Assembly (NCBI GenBank): GCA_964454175.1
Contig: CAYVSA010000010.1
Coordinates: 1-42,828 of the forward strand
Length of the DNA: 42,828 nt
Source: an uncultured Pseudomonadota bacterium
Lineage (GTDB): Bacteria; BMS3Abin14
Direction: 5' to 3'
The notes under the pieces are model-generated. The model did not search any database. It was not told the origin of the DNA and was given only the letters and a program-made list of their open reading frames with translations. Of the stretch, positions 16,738-26,932 are shown one piece after another; positions within the stretch are counted from its first letter, which is position 1, and each line of letters starts with the position of its first letter. The translations under genes and the position numbers were made by a program.

Positions 16738-17267
16738 AGCTTCACCTTCGGGGGTCCGATCCCATGAGTTTTAAGGGGGATGTTCTCATCCTCGGACATT
16801 TCAGTAGTGTGTGTCCGCTGTGGGGATATACGGGGATGCTGGACTGGGTCCTGAATGCATCTGTCAGCAGACTCTGGAAGGAAAAATCCGACCTTTTTGA
16901 TTTCGGGAACGTGACGCTGCTTGCCACTCAGGGCAAGGTTAATGCCGGCCAGATCCTGTTGCTCGGCCTTGGTCGAGAGGATGTTTTTACCCGGGAATTG
17001 AGAAAAGAGGCTTACCGACTCGGGTTCACCTCGGCCGCAGGGTTGGGTGCCCGGAAGCTGGCACTTGAGGCTTTTCCTGTCAATGGAGATCGCGACAGTG
17101 AGATCGATGAAGATCTCATCGCTGTTTATGACGATCTGGATACAAAACCCGAGATAATTTACGTGTACATCGACACCCCCGAAGTCCTTACTTCCCTGGG
17201 AGACCGGATCAGAGGAACCATGGCCGACTCCCTGGATGCCGGCGCACAGCCGCACAGCGGAAGGTAG
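16734..17267 (+). CDS. Stand-alone protein resembling the N-terminal domain of M17 leucyl aminopeptidases
   Basis: PLWGYTGMLDWVLNASVSRL...FGNVTLL...QILLLGLG pattern; no catalytic M17 domain; translationally coupled to nusB. Confidence 0.55.
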   Translation: MKLHLRGSDPMSFKGDVLILGHFSSVCPLWGYTGMLDWVLNASVSRLWKEKSDLFDFGNVTLLATQGKVNAGQILLLGLGREDVFTRELRKEAYRLGFTSAAGLGARKLALEAFPVNGDRDSEIDEDLIAVYDDLDTKPEIIYVYIDTPEVLTSLGDRIRGTMADSLDAGAQPHSGR

Positions 17268-17268
17268 A

Positions 17269-17997
17269 ATGAAGATCGCTATCCTTTCCGATATCCATTC
17301 GAATCTTGAAGCGCTCGATGCTGTGTCCTCACGGTTTGACGATCTGGCGGTGGACGAGGTTTTTTTTGTAGGGGATGTTGTCGGGTACGGTGCTGACCCG
17401 AAAGAGTGCACGAGGTGGGTTGCCGAAAACGCGAGCCTCGCCGTTGCCGGAAATCATGATTTCGCTGCGGTTGGACTTATAGAAGCCGATTCATTTAACG
17501 CTTACGCCCGGGATGCTATTGAATGGAACGCAGAACATATGGGTGAAGAAGCCGTCGATTACCTGAACGGACTGCCCCTGACAGTATCCAGAGACGGTAT
17601 AACTCTGGCTCACGCAAACCCGAGTTTGCCTGATGAGTGGGGATATATTTTTACACTCTGGGATGCCGAGATGAATTTCTCCTATTTTGACGGGTATGTC
17701 TGTTTCGTAGGGCACTCTCATCAGCCGGTTGTCGTCAGAATGGATGGCGATAACGGTGTTTCTGTGGCTCCCGGCGGGCAGGTGAACCTCCTGGAAGACA
17801 GCAAATACCTCATTAATGTCGGAAGTGTTGGTCAGCCGAGAGACGGCAACCCTGATGCCTGTTTCGGCCTGCTCGATACGGATAGCAAGGACTTTACTCT
17901 TATCCGGGTCAGTTACGACATCAACACTACTCACAGGAAAATGACTGATGCGGGCCTCCCTGCCGCTCTGGCCGACAGGCTTCTGGAGGGTAAATGA
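17269..17997 (+). CDS. Calcineurin-like metallophosphoesterase
   Basis: SDIHSN, GDVVGYG, GNHD, GHSH, NVGSVGQPRDG. Confidence 0.92.
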   Translation: MKIAILSDIHSNLEALDAVSSRFDDLAVDEVFFVGDVVGYGADPKECTRWVAENASLAVAGNHDFAAVGLIEADSFNAYARDAIEWNAEHMGEEAVDYLNGLPLTVSRDGITLAHANPSLPDEWGYIFTLWDAEMNFSYFDGYVCFVGHSHQPVVVRMDGDNGVSVAPGGQVNLLEDSKYLINVGSVGQPRDGNPDACFGLLDTDSKDFTLIRVSYDINTTHRKMTDAGLPAALADRLLEGK

Positions 17998-19784
17998 GCT
18001 CAGGCCACGGGAATGGCGTCCCAGGTGAAACCGGGACTGTAATTGATCCTGCCATGAGCCTGGTTGGAAAGCTGGAGGATCTCTCCCTTGGAGAAATATT
18101 GCAGATCGTCAGCCTTTCCCGCAGATCAGGCCTTCTTCGCCTCGAAAGCCCGGAAGGTGATGGTAATGTTTTTATCCGTAACGGGCTGATCATTTTTGCC
18201 AGCAGCTCAGATGAGAGCGAGGGTATTCTGGGCATCCTCTATTCCCAGGGCATCCTTGAGATGGATCAGATCGAGAGCATTAAAGATATGCTGGATGACA
18301 TCGAGAACCCGGCACAACTGAGAAAAATACTTGAAGAAGAACTTGACGTGGCTCCTGTGCCCTTCCAGAAAAGTCTCAAGAAAAAGATCGAAGATCTCCT
18401 CTACTCCTTCTTCATCTGGGAGGAGGGTACTTTCAGCTTCCAGCTGGTGGATGATCAGGATGAGAACAGTCTTTTCAGGAGAATGTCTCCCTTCTTTCTT
18501 GACGATGGGATCAGCTCTCAATTTATCGTTATGGAGGGCGCCAGGAAGAAGGACGAACTGCGCAGGGATCTGGCCAGGGTCAGGGGCGTTTCTTCCGGAT
18601 TCATTGACGCGGGAGAGATCGGAGACGTAGATTCTTCTGATGCGGAGAATTTGATCGCGGAGATCAATGCTTTCGCAGTGCCGGAATCAATGCCCCGCAT
18701 ACCCGACAGGATAGCCAGGGTAGTCATTCTCGTCACTGACAATAAGGATCTCATGACGAAGCTCGCTGAAGCCCTTGTGGATACTGAGTTAAACCTCCTG
18801 CATTTTAACGATGCAGTCTCCTCTCTGGTGAGGATCCAGGAACTGAGAACTCATAGGATATTCCCCTATCTGGTCCTTGATCTGATGTCCAAAGGGATCG
18901 CAGACGGAGTGCAGCTGGGCGGTCTGGATATACTTTCAACCCTGTGGGAACTTGGTAATAATCTCCCTGCCTCACTTGTTGTGTTCAATGGTATCGCTGA
19001 CAAAATGGCCGAGTTACTGTCTGATGTTGAGTCAGTTAACATTGTCCGGATCGATCCAGACGATCTGAACCGGGCGAGAGAAGACTCAGTCGGGGAACTG
19101 GGTGGGCTCGTGGAACTGATCAGTACGGAAATGGAAGCAAGGAGCGGAGACGAGGAGGAGGAATACTATGATCTGGAACGGGAGCTCTCCGACGACCTGG
19201 AAACTCTCGATCTCCCCCTCGATGCCTGGGTCGACGCAGAAGAAGATGTGCCTGAAGACCATGCCGATCCCAAGATGGCGGCGCTGAGCTCTTTTGTTGC
19301 CGAGCTGAACCGTCAGGACATCAGCGGAGAGATCACACTCATGGCTCTGAGATTTGCGTCGGAATTCGCTTCAAGAGCGGTCCTGTTCCTGGTGAGACGG
19401 GACGACCTGAAGGGACTGGGACAGTTTGGTGTTGACCTCGGTGAGGGGAACGATCCCGACAAGGCAGTCAGATCCCTGGCCCTTCCAAGAGATGGAAAAT
19501 CCATATTCAGCCATGTGATCGACTCACATCAGAGCTATCGAGGTGCGCCCCGTGAAGACGAGACGGAAAAAAGCCTCTTGCACTCTTTGGGCAGTGAAAC
19601 TCCGAGTGTCATTTATGTCGGGCCTATCATCAGTATGGGCAAGACCGCGGTAATACTATATTGTGACGATCTGCCCGATAGAGGTGGTATGGAGGATACG
19701 CAGAGCCTTGACATATTCCTCAGCCACATCGGGCTTGCCCTGGACAGGGCTTTCCTTGAGATGAAGTTAAAAGACGGCAAATAG
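17994..19784 (+). CDS. DUF4388 protein with degenerate receiver-like and GAF-like regions, first gene of che cluster
   Basis: MSLVGKLEDLSLGEILQIVSLSRRSGLL, WEEGTFSF; central LVLDLM..GGLDIL; C-terminal RAVLFLVR...AVILYCD; alternative start 18054. Confidence 0.75.
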   Translation: MSSGHGNGVPGETGTVIDPAMSLVGKLEDLSLGEILQIVSLSRRSGLLRLESPEGDGNVFIRNGLIIFASSSDESEGILGILYSQGILEMDQIESIKDMLDDIENPAQLRKILEEELDVAPVPFQKSLKKKIEDLLYSFFIWEEGTFSFQLVDDQDENSLFRRMSPFFLDDGISSQFIVMEGARKKDELRRDLARVRGVSSGFIDAGEIGDVDSSDAENLIAEINAFAVPESMPRIPDRIARVVILVTDNKDLMTKLAEALVDTELNLLHFNDAVSSLVRIQELRTHRIFPYLVLDLMSKGIADGVQLGGLDILSTLWELGNNLPASLVVFNGIADKMAELLSDVESVNIVRIDPDDLNRAREDSVGELGGLVELISTEMEARSGDEEEEYYDLERELSDDLETLDLPLDAWVDAEEDVPEDHADPKMAALSSFVAELNRQDISGEITLMALRFASEFASRAVLFLVRRDDLKGLGQFGVDLGEGNDPDKAVRSLALPRDGKSIFSHVIDSHQSYRGAPREDETEKSLLHSLGSETPSVIYVGPIISMGKTAVILYCDDLPDRGGMEDTQSLDIFLSHIGLALDRAFLEMKLKDGK

Positions 19785-19812
19785 ACCCTCAATCGAGACC
19801 GAGAGGTGTCAG

Positions 19813-20181
19813 ATGATTAAAACGATCCTCGTTGTCGAGGATTCACCCATCACCAGGTCCCTGATAGTTTCTTCACTTGAGGACATGGGTAATTTAAGGG
19901 TAGTTGAGGCTGAAAGCGGTTTCGAAGCTCTCAGGAAACTGCCTGAATTTACACCCGATCTCCTGATAACTGACATCAATATGCCGGATATTAATGGCCT
20001 CGAGCTTATCCGTTTTGCCAAACAGAACGAAAACTACAGGCATATCCCTATTATCATCGTCACCACTGAAGGTCGTGAAGTTGACAGGGAAAGGGGATTG
20101 GGCCTTGGAGCTGACAGTTATATCGTCAAGCCCTTTGTACCGGAGACCCTCCAGGAGCAGGTGTCAAAGCTGCTGGGATAA
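19813..20181 (+). CDS. cheY: CheY-like single-domain response regulator
   Basis: VVEDS, ITDINMPDING, IVTT, YIVKPF. Confidence 0.9.
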   Translation: MIKTILVVEDSPITRSLIVSSLEDMGNLRVVEAESGFEALRKLPEFTPDLLITDINMPDINGLELIRFAKQNENYRHIPIIIVTTEGREVDRERGLGLGADSYIVKPFVPETLQEQVSKLLG

Positions 20182-20202
20182 CGGTTATGCAGGAGTTGGA
20201 TA

Positions 20203-22251
20203 TTGGATCAGTCGCTCAGAGATTTTGTCGCCGAAGCTGAGGATATCCTTGACCATCTCGAAGAGTCCATCAGCCTGCTAATGGACTTGTCCCCCGATGA
20301 TCACAGAAAACCTGACATCATAAATGCCTTTTTCAGGCACGCGCACTCCCTGAAAGGTCTTTCAGGCATGCTGAACCTGAACGACCTCAGCAGCCTGTCC
20401 CACAAGCTCGAAAGCCTCCTTGATTCAATTCGTCTGGATAAAACAGACCTGAGCGACCATGTTGTGGAAGTCCTGTCCAGCGGCGTCCAGCTCCTGATCA
20501 GGATGGTTCGTGCTGTAGCCTCCGGGAAAGGCGACGGTTCAGTCAGTTCGAAGTCTTTTCTGGGGGAACTCGCGAGACTGGAAAATAGTGATACCCAGGA
20601 CGCTGTGGAGGACCTGGTCTTTTTTATTGATGTGCCTGAAAAGCTCCATGAAGTGCTCTCAGAGTACGAAGAACACCGTTTCAGGGACAACATCAGTAAA
20701 AAAATACCGTTTTTCCGGATGAACTGCTCATTCCCCATTGAAACTTTTGATGTCCAGCTCAAGGAAGTAACTGGTCGAATAAAGGAGGAGGGGGAACTCC
20801 TTACCACACTCCCGCAGACAGAGTCTGCCGGGGATGGAATGATAGGTTTTCTGCTCTATTTTACGTCCAGGAATGATGAAAGCTCAATGAAGAGCAGATT
20901 CGCCGAAGTTGGCTTCCCATTTGAACCTGTCCGGTACACGGCGCAGGACACACTGGAGCCCGCAGCGACACCATCAGTGACCACGGCAGTTAAACCGGGT
21001 GATGCTGATACAGCCGATTTTCTGGAAGAGGAGATAAGAGGAGTATCCAATACGGTGAGGGTGGATATACACAAACTTGATCACCTTTTGAACCTGGTTG
21101 GCGAACTGACCATGTTGAGAACAGGCCTGACCGCCATAAACGAACAGATCTTTTCAGGGGACGAAAGAGACCTTGACACACTCTCCCTGGATATGGGTAA
21201 AAATTTAACCGCTATTGGGAGCAAGCTTCTCGATCTTCGTGACGGAGTAATGAATATCAGGATGGTGCCCCTCGGACAGCTTTTTACAAAGCTGCAGAGG
21301 GTGTCTAAGAAACTCGCAAGAGAGACGGGCAAAAACATCAGGGTCGAGTTTGCCGGAGGTGACACTGAACTTGACAAGATGATCATGGAGGAGATCGTGT
21401 CTCCTTTACTGCACATTCTGAGAAACTCTGTTGATCATGGCATTGAGCCGTCACAGGAGAGACGAAGCCTTGGAAAGGGTGATGAGGGCCTGATAAGGAT
21501 CGCCGCTTATCAGCAGGGCAGTCACGTCCTGGTCGAAGTTGTCGACGACGGCCGAGGCATTGACCTTGCCCATGTCATGGAACATGCCCGGAAGGTTGGT
21601 ATGGTTGACGGTGAGGACGTCCTCTCGGAAGAGGAGATCATCTCTATAATTTTCCGCCCGGGGTTTTCAACAAAGGATACAGTTTCACAGGTGTCGGGCC
21701 GCGGTGTAGGTATGGATGTTGTGAAAAGGGAGGTAGAAGAGATCGGGGGTACCGTTGAGTTGACCACCGCCTTCGGCAGGGGCACGAGGATCGTGCTGAC
21801 ACTTCCCATAACCCTTGCGATCCTTCAGGCTCTCCTGGTCAGGAGCGGGAACGAAGTTTATGCAGTGCCAATGGGTTCGGTCCAGGAGACACTGCAGATC
21901 CAGGAGAGTCAGATCAAAACAATAGAGGGAAGACGTGTTATTACCCTGAGAGACAGGATGGTCCCCATTATCAAGCTGGAAGATGTATTCAGCCTCCATG
22001 AAGACGACCATGAGTCCGATGAACTCTTCATAGTAATAATCGGGCTCGGTTCCAGGACAATGGGCATACTCGTTAACGAACTACTGGGAAAACAGGACGT
22101 GGTTATAAAGCCTCTGGGTTCTGCTTTTCCTGATGCAGTCGGGTTGGCGGGCGCTGCTGAACTTGGAGACAGGTCGCCCGTGCTCGTGCTGGATGTGGCG
22201 GGTCTGATGCTGGAAGCGGTCAGGCTTGGAACCCTGAGCGGGAAGGTTTGA
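20203..22251 (+). CDS. cheA: Chemotaxis histidine kinase CheA
   Basis: P1 FRHAHSLKG, LLNLVGEL, HILRNSVDHGIE, DDGRGID, SGRGVGMDVV, C-terminal CheW-like domain; TTG start after AGGAG. Confidence 0.96.
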   Translation: MDQSLRDFVAEAEDILDHLEESISLLMDLSPDDHRKPDIINAFFRHAHSLKGLSGMLNLNDLSSLSHKLESLLDSIRLDKTDLSDHVVEVLSSGVQLLIRMVRAVASGKGDGSVSSKSFLGELARLENSDTQDAVEDLVFFIDVPEKLHEVLSEYEEHRFRDNISKKIPFFRMNCSFPIETFDVQLKEVTGRIKEEGELLTTLPQTESAGDGMIGFLLYFTSRNDESSMKSRFAEVGFPFEPVRYTAQDTLEPAATPSVTTAVKPGDADTADFLEEEIRGVSNTVRVDIHKLDHLLNLVGELTMLRTGLTAINEQIFSGDERDLDTLSLDMGKNLTAIGSKLLDLRDGVMNIRMVPLGQLFTKLQRVSKKLARETGKNIRVEFAGGDTELDKMIMEEIVSPLLHILRNSVDHGIEPSQERRSLGKGDEGLIRIAAYQQGSHVLVEVVDDGRGIDLAHVMEHARKVGMVDGEDVLSEEEIISIIFRPGFSTKDTVSQVSGRGVGMDVVKREVEEIGGTVELTTAFGRGTRIVLTLPITLAILQALLVRSGNEVYAVPMGSVQETLQIQESQIKTIEGRRVITLRDRMVPIIKLEDVFSLHEDDHESDELFIVIIGLGSRTMGILVNELLGKQDVVIKPLGSAFPDAVGLAGAAELGDRSPVLVLDVAGLMLEAVRLGTLSGKV

Positions 22252-22253
22252 TC

Positions 22254-23069
22254 TTGTACGAAGAGTATTACGGTTTTAACAGGAAACCCTTCGGTAAAAC
22301 TCCGGACCCGGATTTTTTGTATCCGAGCCCATCCCACGAAGAAGCTCTTTCAAGGTTGCAATATGGCGCCGAGGAAAGAGAGCTGACTTTGCTGACGGGG
22401 GAGATCGGTACTGGTAAAACACTTCTTTCCAGGGCACTCATTGATCTTCTGGGCGAGAAATACCACCCTGTTCTGATCATAAATCCCCGTCTCACGCCAA
22501 ACCAGTTTCTCAGGACCCTTGCCGCCAGGATCGGTGTAAGCGATCCTGCGTATCATAAAACGGGGCTGCTGGACCAGATCAATGCGGCCATATATAAAAT
22601 GTACGAAGAAGGGATCTGTCCGGTTGTGATCGTCGATGAGGCCCAGCTGATCCCTTCACGTCCGACATTTGAGGAGATCAGGCTTCTTACGAACTACCAG
22701 CTGGACGACTTGAATCTTATCAGTCTCATCCTCATTGGGCAGCCGGAGCTTAAAAGGCGTCTAAACAATACCCCCTATGCTGCAGTACGGCAACGGATCG
22801 GTATTCAGTACCACCTGAACCCCATGGGGCGTCTCGATACCGAAAAATACATATCCTTCAGGCTTGACGTTGCCGGAGGCGACGCGGGCTTGTTCACAGG
22901 TGAGGCGGTTGACGTTATTTACGAATACTCGTCCGGATTGCCCAGGGTAATAAACAATATTGCATCCAATGCCCTCCTGGTGGGACTGTCCAGGGAATCA
23001 AATGCTATCGGGCCGGATATTATTATGGACGTGGTCGAGGACCTCGACCTTGTGTCGACTGTCGACTGA
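22254..23069 (+). CDS. ExeA/GspA-like AAA ATPase
   Basis: MYEEYYGFNRKPF..TPDP.F, Walker A GEIGTGKT, Walker B IVDEAQ, LIGQPEL, GLPRVIN; start TTG 22254 (or 22248). Confidence 0.88.
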   Translation: MYEEYYGFNRKPFGKTPDPDFLYPSPSHEEALSRLQYGAEERELTLLTGEIGTGKTLLSRALIDLLGEKYHPVLIINPRLTPNQFLRTLAARIGVSDPAYHKTGLLDQINAAIYKMYEEGICPVVIVDEAQLIPSRPTFEEIRLLTNYQLDDLNLISLILIGQPELKRRLNNTPYAAVRQRIGIQYHLNPMGRLDTEKYISFRLDVAGGDAGLFTGEAVDVIYEYSSGLPRVINNIASNALLVGLSRESNAIGPDIIMDVVEDLDLVSTVD

Positions 23070-23088
23070 CCACAGGGAGAAAGTTGAG

Positions 23089-23934
23089 ATGGACCTTGTT
23101 GAGATCCGGAAAAGAGCCAAAAGTAAGAAAAAGTCCACCCGGGCATCCGGTAAAAAAACGGTCGAGGTAAAGACCGGGGCCAAAAAAGGCGCAGCTGCTG
23201 CCGGAAAGAGTGCTCCCAAAAAGAAAACAAGGAGTAAATCTGTACCCCCGGAACCTGCCGCAAAAACCCGGACAGTTGTGGAAGAGCCCGAGTCCGTTGT
23301 TGAGGAAACGGCTGTGGCACACCCTGTCGTGGAGCAAAGCGATGTTCCTGCGGTGAAGCCGGTGGAGGAGGCCGTACCAGATCCAGGTGACAGCGGCAGG
23401 ACGCTTCCGGAGATCATGGATGTCGGGTCCCTGGATGAGATACTGATGAGCCAGAGACGAGGTCCGGAGCAGGAGGAAGTTGAGGAATGCCTTCAACTCC
23501 TGACCCTGATGGTTGGCGCTGAAGAATATGGCCTTAATATAATGGATATTAAGGAGATAATACGTCCCCAGGAGGTCACAGAGGTTCCAAGGACGCCTGA
23601 CTACGTCCTCGGCATCATCTCCCTGAGGGGCGTGATCGTACCAGTATTCGACATTCGCCTGCGACTGGGATTGGAGCGTGGGGACAGGGACCGAAAGGCG
23701 AGGGTCGTAGTGGTTAATCTTGATGACAATCTCTACGGGCTCCTTGTTGACTCCGTTGTCCAGGTGTTGAACATTCCCGTCAGCAGAATAGATCCTCCCC
23801 CTGAAATTATTGGTGGAATAGATGCGGATTTTATGAAGGGAGTGGGGAAGGTTGAGGACAGGCTGGTGATACTGATTGATCTTGAGAAAGTGCTTTCCAC
23901 CGAGGAAAAGGAAGCGGGTAGCAGCGATGACTGA
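23089..23934 (+). CDS. cheW: CheW with long Lys-rich and acidic N-terminal extension
   Basis: EEYGLNIMDIKEI, VPRTPDYVLGIISLRGVIVPVFD, GLLVDSV; ATG 23089 after GGGAGA. Confidence 0.92.
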   Translation: MDLVEIRKRAKSKKKSTRASGKKTVEVKTGAKKGAAAAGKSAPKKKTRSKSVPPEPAAKTRTVVEEPESVVEETAVAHPVVEQSDVPAVKPVEEAVPDPGDSGRTLPEIMDVGSLDEILMSQRRGPEQEEVEECLQLLTLMVGAEEYGLNIMDIKEIIRPQEVTEVPRTPDYVLGIISLRGVIVPVFDIRLRLGLERGDRDRKARVVVVNLDDNLYGLLVDSVVQVLNIPVSRIDPPPEIIGGIDADFMKGVGKVEDRLVILIDLEKVLSTEEKEAGSSDD

Positions 23935-23979
23935 AACGGGGATGGACTTCCTGCAAATGTCTTATTCAGGAGCTGAAAA

Positions 23980-24897
23980 ATGAATGATCTCATCGTCTCA
24001 TGTCCCATGTGTTCAAAACGATTCAGGATCCACCCTGATAAGCTCCCGGAAGGTGTGACCTCCTTTAACTGCAGGAAGTGCGGATCACTGGTCAACATTA
24101 AGGCATCAGCCGAGGAACCGCCACCGGCCAGGTTTCAGGCCGGCGGAAAGGCAGTTCTGGTCGTACTGGACGAGGCTGAACTTGCAGGCCTCGTAGCAAA
24201 GATACTATCCAGGGGCAACCTGGGATACAGCGTAGCCAATTCAGGCCAGGAGGCTTTGGAAGCTGTTGAGGAGCAGTCACCGGCAGCTATCCTGGTCAAT
24301 GTTGTACTCCCCGATATGATGGGATATGAATTTGTTGACAGGCTGAGACGATCGGAAAAGGGAAAAGAACTGCCTGTAATTTTCCTTTCTTCACTGCACC
24401 ATGGAACGAGATTCAAAAGGGCGCCATCATCTCTTTACGGTGCCGACGACTACGTTGAAAGACACCACCTGCCGGACCTTCTTATTCCCAAACTCCAGAA
24501 TTTGTTCGAGCTGGGTCCAACAGCGCCCCCACTGGATGCCGACAAGGGTACTTTAAAGTCCCTGACTGATGTGGAGGTGGATGAGAGGAGAGAAATTGAG
24601 AAGATACACGAAGAGCCGGTGAAACCTGGCCAGGGCCTTCCCGATGAGGAAATACGCCGCATGGCGAGAGTTATCGCCGGTGATATCGTGCTGTACAATG
24701 AGGATATCATCAGGGCTGTTTCCCTCAGCGACGCTGTAAAGGCCCTCACCGGGGACATCCAGGAGGGCAGATCAATGCTGGCCGAAAGGTTCCCGGAGTT
24801 TGAGGAGGAAGCAGGTGTTATCCTTTCCGAGGAGACAGTTAAGGTTCTGGAGTCGGCAGGCGTGAACGATCACGAGGAAGGCACAAATGGATCCTGA
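23980..24897 (+). CDS. Zinc-ribbon (MJ0042-type) plus atypical receiver domain protein
   Basis: CPMC-x19-CRKCG; receiver fold with ILVNVVLPDMMG (Asn in place of phosphoacceptor Asp); C-terminal RRMARVIAGDIVLYN. Confidence 0.8.
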   Translation: MNDLIVSCPMCSKRFRIHPDKLPEGVTSFNCRKCGSLVNIKASAEEPPPARFQAGGKAVLVVLDEAELAGLVAKILSRGNLGYSVANSGQEALEAVEEQSPAAILVNVVLPDMMGYEFVDRLRRSEKGKELPVIFLSSLHHGTRFKRAPSSLYGADDYVERHHLPDLLIPKLQNLFELGPTAPPLDADKGTLKSLTDVEVDERREIEKIHEEPVKPGQGLPDEEIRRMARVIAGDIVLYNEDIIRAVSLSDAVKALTGDIQEGRSMLAERFPEFEEEAGVILSEETVKVLESAGVNDHEEGTNGS

Positions 24898-26932
24898 AGC
24901 AAGGGAAACCCTGATAAGCCAGCTCGGGTCCCCGGATGAGGAAGCCCGCAGGTTGGCCATGCTTGCTCTAAAAGACGATATCTCCGAGGAGGATTTCAAA
25001 TGGCTGGAAAACCCCCTTTCCGATGAGAGTTGGCGGGTTAGGAAGGAGGCAATAGAGGGAGCTTCATCTATCAAGCCGTCCGCCTCCCTGGTTCGCCGTC
25101 TTGTGAGCCTGATGGACCCCTCCCATGAGGTCACCCTTCGCAACTCGGTTGTAGAAATACTGGAAAAGATGGGTACGTCTGCCGTGATGCTTCTAAGGGA
25201 GCACCTCGGCATTGACCAGAGCGATACGAGAAAGTTTCTGGTTGACATCCTCGGCAACATCGCAGACCGAGACAGCATACCCGACCTCATTCCGATGCTC
25301 AGGGACCCTGACAACAATATCCGTGCGGCGGCAGCCGAGGCACTGGCGTCCATTGGCGATAAATCGGCCACGAAGGGGCTACTCGATGCTCTGGTGGAAG
25401 CTGATGAGTGGACCGCATACAGTGTTTTAGGAGCCCTTGCTTCCATACCCGCAGTTGAGGCCCTTGGCGAGTTCTTCAAGTACCTTGACAAAGGGATCCT
25501 GGCAAACCAGGCTATTGCCGGTATTGGTGCGGCAGGGGGCCTTGAAGACGGAGTGCGGCTCCTGAAGACGATCAGTTCACTTTCCAGGGGCGGCGCAAAA
25601 GCCGCCTTCCTCGCGTCTGGGCAGATTTACAACAGGGTGGTTCATTCCCTTGGATACGATGGGACAGAAGCCCTTAGAGATGCTGTCAACGAGGCGGTCG
25701 ACCAGGAAATTTTGGAGCACCTTGTCAGCCGGCTGGAAACCAGCGAAAATCTTGAGGAATCAAGAAAAATTATCGCGGTACTGGGACTTCTTGGCGATGC
25801 AGGGTTTTTGAGACCACTTCTGAGACTGATCGAGGACGACGCACTCGAACCAGATGTCACCGATGCCCTTGTGAACCTTGCACGGAAAGACGTTGAGCCA
25901 GTGTTACAGCTTATGGAGGATCCTGACGAACTGGTTCGCAGGAGGGCCCTTTTGGTTCTTTCTAAATTCGGTGGCGATGTATCCCTGGAAAAGATCTACC
26001 CTCTAATGGATGATGAGAGCGGTCATGTGCGAAAACAGGCTGCCCTGACGCTCTCTTCCATAGGCGATGTGGATTCCGTGGACAAAATGACGGCTCTTCT
26101 CGAAGATGACTACTCGGATGTTGCACAGGCCGCAGCAGAGTCCATTGCTGCCCTTGGCAGCAGGGACCCCGATGCTGTCGCCGGTAAGCTGAGGCCTCTT
26201 CTGGAGTCGTCCCCACCAGGAGGGAAGGCCCTGGTCATCAGAGTGCTCGCCCAGGTAGATCCCGAGAGGAACAAAACTGTTTTTTTCAAGGCGCTTCAGG
26301 ATGTTGAACCGACGGTCAGGGCAGCCGGTGTCTCGGGCCTTAAGAAGCTCAAGGACCTTGATACGGCAGTGGTAATAAACAGCCTTGCTGACGAAGACCC
26401 TGGAGTCAGAGTTGAGGCGGCTCTCGTTCTTGAAGAACTTAAAGTGACCGGATCCGCAGGACCCCTGACCGCAGCACTAATGGATACAGATCCATGGGTT
26501 CGTAATGTTGCCGCCTCTGCACTTGTTGCGCAGCCTGAACTGGATGAAAACGATCTTGCTGATCTCCTGGAAACGGATGACCCGATAATAAAAACCTCCG
26601 TTATCGATGCTCTCGCTGCCAGAGCCTCTGGCGGCAGCATGGAGAACGTCGACATCCTTCGGGGGATTTTCGCATCAGAGTCTGTGGAGATCAGGTGTGC
26701 GATCTGCAAGGCAGCCGGGAGGATCGAAGGTAAAAAGAGCCTGGAATTCCTCTTCTTCGCGGCTCAGGACGAAGACAGCACAGTGAGAACTTTCGCTGCC
26801 CATGCCCTCGCCGAGTCCGGAGACAATGATGCCCTCCGGCTCCTGGAAGACTTGTCAGAGAACGACCCGGACAAGAGAGTAAGATCAACCGTTCGGTCAA
26901 TCCTCTCCAGCAGGGCCAGAGATGTTTCCTAG
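24887..26932 (+). CDS. HEAT-repeat (PBS lyase-like) protein
   Basis: Repeated L.D.D..VR..AA..L motifs throughout. Confidence 0.9.
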   Translation: MDPEARETLISQLGSPDEEARRLAMLALKDDISEEDFKWLENPLSDESWRVRKEAIEGASSIKPSASLVRRLVSLMDPSHEVTLRNSVVEILEKMGTSAVMLLREHLGIDQSDTRKFLVDILGNIADRDSIPDLIPMLRDPDNNIRAAAAEALASIGDKSATKGLLDALVEADEWTAYSVLGALASIPAVEALGEFFKYLDKGILANQAIAGIGAAGGLEDGVRLLKTISSLSRGGAKAAFLASGQIYNRVVHSLGYDGTEALRDAVNEAVDQEILEHLVSRLETSENLEESRKIIAVLGLLGDAGFLRPLLRLIEDDALEPDVTDALVNLARKDVEPVLQLMEDPDELVRRRALLVLSKFGGDVSLEKIYPLMDDESGHVRKQAALTLSSIGDVDSVDKMTALLEDDYSDVAQAAAESIAALGSRDPDAVAGKLRPLLESSPPGGKALVIRVLAQVDPERNKTVFFKALQDVEPTVRAAGVSGLKKLKDLDTAVVINSLADEDPGVRVEAALVLEELKVTGSAGPLTAALMDTDPWVRNVAASALVAQPELDENDLADLLETDDPIIKTSVIDALAARASGGSMENVDILRGIFASESVEIRCAICKAAGRIEGKKSLEFLFFAAQDEDSTVRTFAAHALAESGDNDALRLLEDLSENDPDKRVRSTVRSILSSRARDVS

